This document shows, one piece after another, positions 57,697 through 64,000 of a stretch of 64,000 bases of DNA (positions within the stretch are counted from its first letter, which is position 1; the number at the start of each line of letters is the position of its first letter). The position numbers and the translations under genes are program-made. The stretch lies in assembly GCA_041287245.1 (NCBI GenBank), contig JBEULP010000117.1, positions 186,170 to 250,169 of the forward strand, given 5' to 3'. The DNA comes from Infirmifilum sp. Its GTDB lineage: Archaea; Thermoproteota; Thermoprotei; Thermofilales; Thermofilaceae. Under the pieces are notes generated by a model that was not told the DNA's origin, ran no database searches, and saw only the letters and a list, made by a program, of their open reading frames with translations.

Positions 57697-58590
57697 ATGT
57701 GTAGTCGAGAACAACTTGACAGGATGCTCTACTTCCTTACAATTCTTCTAATAGTTTCACCACTGATTGCCTATATTTCAGGATTTTGGATCACCTACTG
57801 GAAACTAGTAACATTGCTAGGGGAAGAGCAGGGCTATGTTGCACTGGCAACCCTAGCATACATTCTAGTTTCACCAATTCTCGGCTACGTCATGCTCCTT
57901 TCACTTTTATCTTCGGCGTGGATCAACGTTTTCCTAAAGAACACATTGCAATTACCTCGGCCACCCCCTGACCAGTGGAAGATAAGCGCGGAGGGCTATG
58001 GCTTTCCAAGCGGCCACGCCCAAACATCCACAGCATTCTGGACCGCTGGCTATCTCTACTACAAGAGGCCGTCAATAGCTGTTTTCAGCATGTCGCTGAT
58101 TACCTTGATCTCAATTTCAAGAATAGTGTTAGGAGTTCACTATCCACGCGACGTAATAGGAGGTGCTCTCATAGGGCTTACGGTAACCCTACCAATCTAC
58201 TTCTTATCCATGAGGTTGTTTCTTTTAAAGAAAAAATATGCATCAACCGCGCTCCTTGCGTATAGTTTCTTTGTTCTATTTTTATCTCAATTACTATCCG
58301 ACTTAACGCTCCTAAGAGTGGCCGGGGTCATAGCTGGCGCATCGGTATTTCCTTATATTCGCGAGCAGCTGAAACTGCCAGAGAGCCTTTCCCTACGACT
58401 TCTTCTAGCTGTAGGTGTACTTGCATTGTCGTTTGCTCTAACATGGATAGCAAGGTTCCTTCAGCCACCTCTTCAGTTTGCGACGTATGCCCTGATAGCT
58501 CTTATTATTACAACTTCCCCACTCGTTACAAAGCATTTAGTGTCGGCTTTTACCCCTAGAGTTAAATTTTTAAGGACACAGTTTTATTAA
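57697..58590 (+). CDS. PAP2 family membrane phosphatase
   Basis: K.....PRP, FPSGH, SRIVLGVHYPRD. Confidence 0.9.
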   Translation: MCSREQLDRMLYFLTILLIVSPLIAYISGFWITYWKLVTLLGEEQGYVALATLAYILVSPILGYVMLLSLLSSAWINVFLKNTLQLPRPPPDQWKISAEGYGFPSGHAQTSTAFWTAGYLYYKRPSIAVFSMSLITLISISRIVLGVHYPRDVIGGALIGLTVTLPIYFLSMRLFLLKKKYASTALLAYSFFVLFLSQLLSDLTLLRVAGVIAGASVFPYIREQLKLPESLSLRLLLAVGVLALSFALTWIARFLQPPLQFATYALIALIITTSPLVTKHLVSAFTPRVKFLRTQFY

Positions 58591-58602
58591 TAATAGATAA
58601 TA

Positions 58603-58935
58603 ATGAACACTTCATTGGTGCAAGAAGATAGGATCAAAAATCAAGGTATTTTCCAAGAAACTGTGTCCCCTCTGGCGCTTCATGTTAGACTTGCGCTTGA
58701 GACATTCTCAGAACAATTGCAAAAAGATTTCCCAAATCTTAATACTCGTGAGCTTCTAGAGCTTCTAGAAGAAATCCTAAAGAAAAATGACATAAACCTA
58801 GAGGTTTCTACAGAACCTCTACCTTTAAAGCCTTTTTTAATGGTGACGAAAAAACCATTCTCAATACAGCTTCACACCAGATCGAATATATATGAGATAT
58901 GGCCAACTTTGAGAAAAATATCTGGTACAGTATAA
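58603..58935 (+). CDS. Hypothetical protein
   Basis: 110-aa ORF filling the gap between genes. Confidence 0.55.
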   Translation: MNTSLVQEDRIKNQGIFQETVSPLALHVRLALETFSEQLQKDFPNLNTRELLELLEEILKKNDINLEVSTEPLPLKPFLMVTKKPFSIQLHTRSNIYEIWPTLRKISGTV

Positions 58936-58943
58936 TGATTCTG

Positions 58944-60020
58944 TTAAAGAACTTTGACGAGCTTACCCCACTCGGGGAACATGCTTCCCAGACCGGGGTC
59001 GGATCCTACTCTCCGAAAACCTTTTTCAATGCTGGCTCCCCCTCTGAAAACCCTCTCCGCTGCTAGAAGATCGCAGTCCATGTCGTAGAATTGAATGTTT
59101 CTGATTGCCTGTGCAAGATGTACGTGTGCAGTTATCCCAAGTGTTGACTCGCCATAGCAACCTATCATGTTTTTTACACCTGCAGACTCGCTAATGTATG
59201 CAACGCGTAAAGCCCCTGTTATTCCTCTAGTCTTCATTAACTTTATATTAATAATATCTGCAGCCTCAAATTCAACTGCCTTTAACGCGTCTTGGGGCGT
59301 CTTAACGCTCTCGTCAAGTGCTATTGGTATTGGGCTTTCATGTTTGATTAGCCTTAATCCTTCTAGATTATCCCATCTAGTGGGCTGCTCCACTAGCTCG
59401 ACCTCATAAGAAGAAATCCTGTCTATAACGTGTATAGCCTCTTCTACACTCCAGCCTTGGTTTGCGTCTACCCTAATCCTAACATCTTCTCCCACCGCGT
59501 CTCGTACTTTACGAACCCTCTCAATGTCTTTCTCAGGCTCTAATCCCAGCTTTAGTTTTAGGATCCTGAAACCGTTTTCGACGTGATGTAGTGCTCTCTT
59601 AGCCATTTCTTCCGGCTCCATGATGCCTATTGAGATGTCTGTTTCAATGGATTCCCTGTAACCACCCAAGATTTTCCAGAGAGCCTGTCCGTGACTCTTC
59701 GCATAAAGATCTAGCATTGCAATGTTTAGTGCAGCTGCCAAGGAACTTGATACTTTCAGGCTCCATGTGTATTCATGGATCTTTTCTAGGCTTGTATATT
59801 CAACATTAATCTCGCTAAGTTTTCTAACTTCTTCGACTATAGACTCAAAGCTTTCACCTAGAACGCTTCTGGAAGGACAAGCCTCGCCCCACCCTTCCAG
59901 GCCATCAGGTGTTGAGAGCCGAATAACTAAAGTCCTGCTTTTTTCTGAGGTTCCGGTGGAGATGCGGAATGGCTCTAATAGGGGAACCTCAACCCTCCAG
60001 GCTTCAACTCTAAGCATCAA
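58944..60020 (-). CDS. Dipeptide epimerase (L-Ala-D/L-Glu epimerase, enolase superfamily)
   Basis: KLK, RVDANQGW, EQP, DES, NIKLMK, DMD motif. Confidence 0.88.
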   Translation of the reverse strand: MMLRVEAWRVEVPLLEPFRISTGTSEKSRTLVIRLSTPDGLEGWGEACPSRSVLGESFESIVEEVRKLSEINVEYTSLEKIHEYTWSLKVSSSLAAALNIAMLDLYAKSHGQALWKILGGYRESIETDISIGIMEPEEMAKRALHHVENGFRILKLKLGLEPEKDIERVRKVRDAVGEDVRIRVDANQGWSVEEAIHVIDRISSYEVELVEQPTRWDNLEGLRLIKHESPIPIALDESVKTPQDALKAVEFEAADIINIKLMKTRGITGALRVAYISESAGVKNMIGCYGESTLGITAHVHLAQAIRNIQFYDMDCDLLAAERVFRGGASIEKGFRRVGSDPGLGSMFPEWGKLVKVL

Positions 60021-60150
60021 TATTGTGAGTACATCTGTCGCTTATTTGTTTATCTGGAGATATGGACGCTAATACTACTTTTAAACTACGGCTGTAGATT
60101 TAGATTTTTGCAATGTCATAGATAAAAGTAATAGAGACAGTATCGTAAGT

Positions 60151-61101
60151 GTGTATACTAGGCTACTCAGTTTAGATATGCTCTCAGACATTGAAAATCT
60201 TCCTAGAAAGTATAGAGACTATGCGTGGGCATCTATTGCTAGAGCGGCCGGTAGACTTGGCTCCGACTATGAGAGCTATCTCGCAGAAATACGCAATGGA
60301 TTTTTAAGGTCTTATGTTCAGGCGGAGCTTCCACTATACGATTATCTCTACTTTGAAAAGGCTTTAAAGAGCGTTTTAGCGGAGCTTCCAAATCTCAGGT
60401 ATATCGAGAAAATTTATGTGTTATCCAGGCTGGCTGAAACCTCTTTTCTTTTATCTCGCGAAGAGTATCGCGAGTTTCTCGCAACTGCTCTAAACTATCT
60501 GCCTCCTCTCGGATATTCGGGAAAGGCTAGGCTTTCACTGGCACTTTCAAGATGCGGCATGTTTTCTGAGGCTCTCCGATTGCTTTCCGGCTACAGTGGT
60601 GGGAGGAAGGCATCCATTCTCGTCGAGCTTTCACTCGTGAGACAATTTGATAATGATCTTCTCGAGAAAACCATTGAGATGATAAGAAAGTTGAGAGATA
60701 CCAAGAGAAAGATAGTTCTTTATTCGAGGCTTGCGAAACACCCCCTTTATAGCGAGACAGATGCTCCCAAGATTCAAGACCTAGCCCTAAGGCTCCCTCT
60801 AGGGGATACCCTTCAAGACACTTATATCTCTCTTCTCGTTGCTCGAAATTTAGGAGAGAGTGGACTCAAAAGCGAATTAAAATCTGCCATTGAACAGGTT
60901 ATTAGGGGCATTCCACCTCTTGACCTTCTACCCATAGATTTTGCCGAGCTGGCTGTCGAGGCTGCCTACTATGCGCGGGGGTTCGAAGGGGCACTGGACT
61001 TCGCCTCGCAATCTGAATTTTATTCTCTACTAGCGGCCCATCTTGTAGATTATGTTTCCCAGGTTTCGATCGAAAAGCACCTTCAAAAAAAGGTGGAGTA
61101 A
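60151..61101 (+). CDS. Hypothetical alpha-helical repeat protein
   Basis: Leu/Ala-rich amphipathic helices. Confidence 0.65.
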   Translation: MYTRLLSLDMLSDIENLPRKYRDYAWASIARAAGRLGSDYESYLAEIRNGFLRSYVQAELPLYDYLYFEKALKSVLAELPNLRYIEKIYVLSRLAETSFLLSREEYREFLATALNYLPPLGYSGKARLSLALSRCGMFSEALRLLSGYSGGRKASILVELSLVRQFDNDLLEKTIEMIRKLRDTKRKIVLYSRLAKHPLYSETDAPKIQDLALRLPLGDTLQDTYISLLVARNLGESGLKSELKSAIEQVIRGIPPLDLLPIDFAELAVEAAYYARGFEGALDFASQSEFYSLLAAHLVDYVSQVSIEKHLQKKVE

Positions 61102-61144
61102 ACCCCATAAAACTCTTATAGGATTAGAAGCTCTTAATGATTTA

Positions 61145-61873
61145 ATGTACATTACAATCTCCTTTGAGGATAACCTAGAAATACCTGCTGTAGTATTTGA
61201 CAAAGATTTCTACGAGAAGCTGAAGGCGTCCCTACCTATCACCTCCCGTACTCTCACATGGAAAGAGGAAGTATACTTCGAGACAAGTATCGAGTTTAAA
61301 GGACAAACTGTGACAAGAGTGCCAAGCGGGGCTCTCGCATACTGGCCGCCTGGAAAAGCTCTCTGCTTGTTTGCGTGGGCAAACCAGCCCTACGGACCAG
61401 TTAATCATCTAGGGTGGTTTTTAGGTCCTAAACACTACGTCTTTGAAATCGACGAGGACGAGGGTGTAAACGTGACACTTAGCGATCCTGTAGCTTATTC
61501 CACAAAACTCAGAGCGCTTTCCGAACAGCTGCAATCTACCGGGTTGTTCGCGGCTCCAAGAAAATGGGGCGAAGTCGAAAGTGTTGTCGGAGCCTATGCT
61601 AAGCATAACATACGCGTCGGCTTCGAGGTTTTCGCGGAGGACTTCGGCTATATAATCGAGTCTGACCCTATATATGAGAGGGATTTTTCAGCCTTGGATG
61701 AGGCTTTAGAGTATAGGATGCGCAGGGTTGTGAAAAGCCGGGTAGACACAAACGAAGATGGCTATGTTATACTCTCAGAATTTGTTTATCCAGGGCAGAA
61801 CATAAGCGACGCTGTGCAACAGGTTGTTAAAGATTACATTAAGGTTATTGATATCTTAGGCTTAATTGGGTGA
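61145..61873 (+). CDS. Cyclophilin-like fold (DUF369) protein with extra C-terminal domain
   Basis: LPITS...WKEEVYF, GALAYWPPGKALCLF, P..PVN.LG. Confidence 0.78.
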   Translation: MYITISFEDNLEIPAVVFDKDFYEKLKASLPITSRTLTWKEEVYFETSIEFKGQTVTRVPSGALAYWPPGKALCLFAWANQPYGPVNHLGWFLGPKHYVFEIDEDEGVNVTLSDPVAYSTKLRALSEQLQSTGLFAAPRKWGEVESVVGAYAKHNIRVGFEVFAEDFGYIIESDPIYERDFSALDEALEYRMRRVVKSRVDTNEDGYVILSEFVYPGQNISDAVQQVVKDYIKVIDILGLIG

Positions 61874-62305
61874 ATGACTATTAAAGTTGTTCTCTGGGCT
61901 CTGGACTTTACCCCCAATAAGTATTTAGAAGATATATTGTCTTCACAACTTCGCGAAGAGGTCGTTTTCATCGGAGTTGGTGCTCTTCAGACTGCCGATG
62001 AGATACTTTCTGCAATGAAGGAGTTAAAGGCTAGCGAGGTGGTGACTGCTATAGAGGATCCTTGCGAAGTTCAAAAACTTCTTGATGAGGGTGTACAACC
62101 GCTTGTTGCTATAATAGAAGAGATTTGTAACGTGACGGCACTGGAAGAATGCAAAGAATATGATCCTTCGCGGGATATAGTGGTGGAAGATGGAGGAAAG
62201 GTTGTCGTCCTCAGAGTTCATGAGTTTTCCAGAATAATAGATATAATGTTCCAACTTGTTGAGCCTCATGAAAGACACGAACACGAAGAGGGGGAACAGG
62301 AGTAA
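61874..62305 (+). CDS. Hypothetical acidic protein
   Basis: 143-aa ORF starting immediately after the upstream stop codon; His/Glu-rich tail. Confidence 0.7.
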   Translation: MTIKVVLWALDFTPNKYLEDILSSQLREEVVFIGVGALQTADEILSAMKELKASEVVTAIEDPCEVQKLLDEGVQPLVAIIEEICNVTALEECKEYDPSRDIVVEDGGKVVVLRVHEFSRIIDIMFQLVEPHERHEHEEGEQE

Positions 62306-62319
62306 AAATTTTTTATTTT

Positions 62320-62697
62320 TTAGACAACTTTTATTTCTTTTCTTCCCTCCCAAAGTCCATGAAGGTTACAGTATTCGATAGCATGGATTGTCCCGCTCTT
62401 TTTAAGAGTGATTTTTAGGTTGACTTCCGGCTCGCTATACTCAGGCTCAAAGTGTACGCGTGCTAACAGAATAGGATTGAAGGCGCGGCCCTCCTCCTCG
62501 AAGTAAACCTCAACCCAACGAATAGAGTGTTGAATCGTGTTTGGGTGTGGTCCCACGCTTATCTTAAGGGTGAAGGGTTCTCCGGCTTTCACCTGATCAG
62601 GCGCTTCGATTTTAGGGGTGTGTGTCTCAACCTTCGATATGGCTTCGCCTGAAGCTGCCTCAGGAGTGTAAATAAGGTCTCCTAACTTTTTAGTCAT
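62320..62697 (-). CDS. sor: Superoxide reductase (1Fe, neelaredoxin-type)
   Basis: ETHTP, HPNTIQHSI.W, YCNLHGLW. Confidence 0.92.
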   Translation of the reverse strand: MTKKLGDLIYTPEAASGEAISKVETHTPKIEAPDQVKAGEPFTLKISVGPHPNTIQHSIRWVEVYFEEEGRAFNPILLARVHFEPEYSEPEVNLKITLKKSGTIHAIEYCNLHGLWEGRKEIKVV

Positions 62698-62790
62698 TTT
62701 CTCGCCAGTCTTTAAGATGCAACAACGAAATAAAAATTTTTGTTTTTAAAAGGTAAACTTAACTAACCTGTGAGTTTTTAATCCTAGGGG

Positions 62791-63684
62791 ATGGTTACGA
62801 AGATGCTCAGAAAGGGGGTGTTACTCGCTGCTGGACTAGGGACTAGACTGGTTCCTTATAGTAAAGAAATGCCAAAGGAGATGTTACCTATCTTTGAAGG
62901 TGTTAATGGAAAAGTCTTCCTCAAGCCCATTATCCAAAAAATATTTGAACAACTCTACGATGCTGGAGTGCGCGAGTTTTGTTTTATAGTAGGCAGGGGA
63001 AAGCGGGTTATAGAGGATCACTTTACACCGGATTGGGCCTTTGTCGAGTACCTTGAAAATCACGGCAAGGAAGAATACGCGCAACTACTACGGGACTTCT
63101 ACGGTAAAATCGAGTCTTCCTATATTGCCTGGGTTAACCAGCCAATCCCACGGGGGACAGGCCATGCAGTCTACATGGCGCGCACATTCGTAGGGGACGA
63201 CTTTTTCTTTGCGGCGGCAGCAGACAATATTTTTATTGGAGAGAACGTTGCGTCGAGGCTTGCAGAGTTGTATAGCAGACTAGAATCCCCTGTCCTAGCC
63301 GTTAAGCGTGTAGCTGATCCTAGAAAATACGGAATTATAACAGGGAAGGAAATTGAAAATGGGATTTATGAGGTGGAGGGTGTTGTGGAGAAACCCAAGG
63401 TACCTGTATCTAACCTAGCGAATACAAGCCTCTATGTTTTTCCACCGGAAATTTTCAGAGCTATAGAAGAGTCGAAGCCGAGTCCTAGAGGCGAGCTCGA
63501 AATCACGGACTCAATACAGATACTTTTGAGCAGGGGCATTAAATTCTACGCATACGAGTCTAAGGCTGACTGGATCGACACAGGAACATGGGAAACATTT
63601 TTCCGGGCTATTGCGCTTTCCCTTAAACATAGTGGCGGATTTAATATTGTCTCGGACATCCTCGAGATACTAAGGGAGAAGTAA
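62791..63684 (+). CDS. Sugar-1-phosphate nucleotidyltransferase (GalU/RmlA-like)
   Basis: LAAGLGTRL, PKEMLP, Q..PRGTGHA, VEKP, RGELEITD. Confidence 0.9.
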   Translation: MVTKMLRKGVLLAAGLGTRLVPYSKEMPKEMLPIFEGVNGKVFLKPIIQKIFEQLYDAGVREFCFIVGRGKRVIEDHFTPDWAFVEYLENHGKEEYAQLLRDFYGKIESSYIAWVNQPIPRGTGHAVYMARTFVGDDFFFAAAADNIFIGENVASRLAELYSRLESPVLAVKRVADPRKYGIITGKEIENGIYEVEGVVEKPKVPVSNLANTSLYVFPPEIFRAIEESKPSPRGELEITDSIQILLSRGIKFYAYESKADWIDTGTWETFFRAIALSLKHSGGFNIVSDILEILREK

Positions 63685-63737
63685 CACCCTAAATATTTTT
63701 TAACAAATAGAGTCAATAACTTGTACAGGTGGTTTTG

Positions 63738-64000
63738 ATGAGAGCCAGTAGCACTCCAGTTCTCCCTAAAGCCCTCCTTGTAATTGAGGCTTTCTTTGGC
63801 GGTTTCTACGTTTCGATAACAAGGGGACTTTTTGTGCCTATGATGGCATACAGCGGCTATGATCTCAGCAAGCTATCCCTGATCTTCGTACCCACAGGCT
63901 TTGGAGGTATACTGCTTGCCCACCAATTGTACACGAATCCAGAAGCTGCTACTTCACGTTTTAGATCTTTACTTCTAGTCACCCACCTTTCAGAGCGGAT
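63738..64000 (+). CDS. Membrane protein (MFS-like), truncated by the window end
   Basis: AGGTGG SD-like sequence, ATG 63738, open to the end, hydrophobic (LLVIEAFFGGFYVSITRGLFVP). Confidence 0.65.
   Translation, partial: MRASSTPVLPKALLVIEAFFGGFYVSITRGLFVPMMAYSGYDLSKLSLIFVPTGFGGILLAHQLYTNPEAATSRFRSLLLVTHLSER

Overview
Gene-dense archaeal chromosomal window. By inference from gene content, short intergenic spacers, TATA-proximal starts and C/D box sRNAs, it comes from a hyperthermophilic crenarchaeon, most likely Thermofilaceae. It holds about 75 CDSs for scavenging and housekeeping: a ThiR-controlled YkoEDC-type ECF transporter, a nucleoside salvage operon with two phosphorylase paralogues, gdhA, upp, TldD/PmbA, three radical SAM enzymes, trxB, adk, proC, superoxide reductase and VapBC. 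Features missing from the ORF track: three C/D box guide sRNAs (two share a 10-nt guide), four ThiR-type palindromic operators, three multiply disrupted pseudogene loci (LysE, dual-specificity phosphatase, HEPN-MNT), two IS200/IS605 (tnpB/omegaRNA) right-end remnants, an adk with no in-frame canonical start codon (ATC), and a candidate replication origin at about 16.9-18.5 kb where strand skew appears to invert. The 104-aa ORF at 23211-23525 looks like a divergent ThermoDBP ssDNA-binding protein. No rRNA, tRNA or CRISPR array was seen. All family calls come from motif recognition by eye; no database searches were run.
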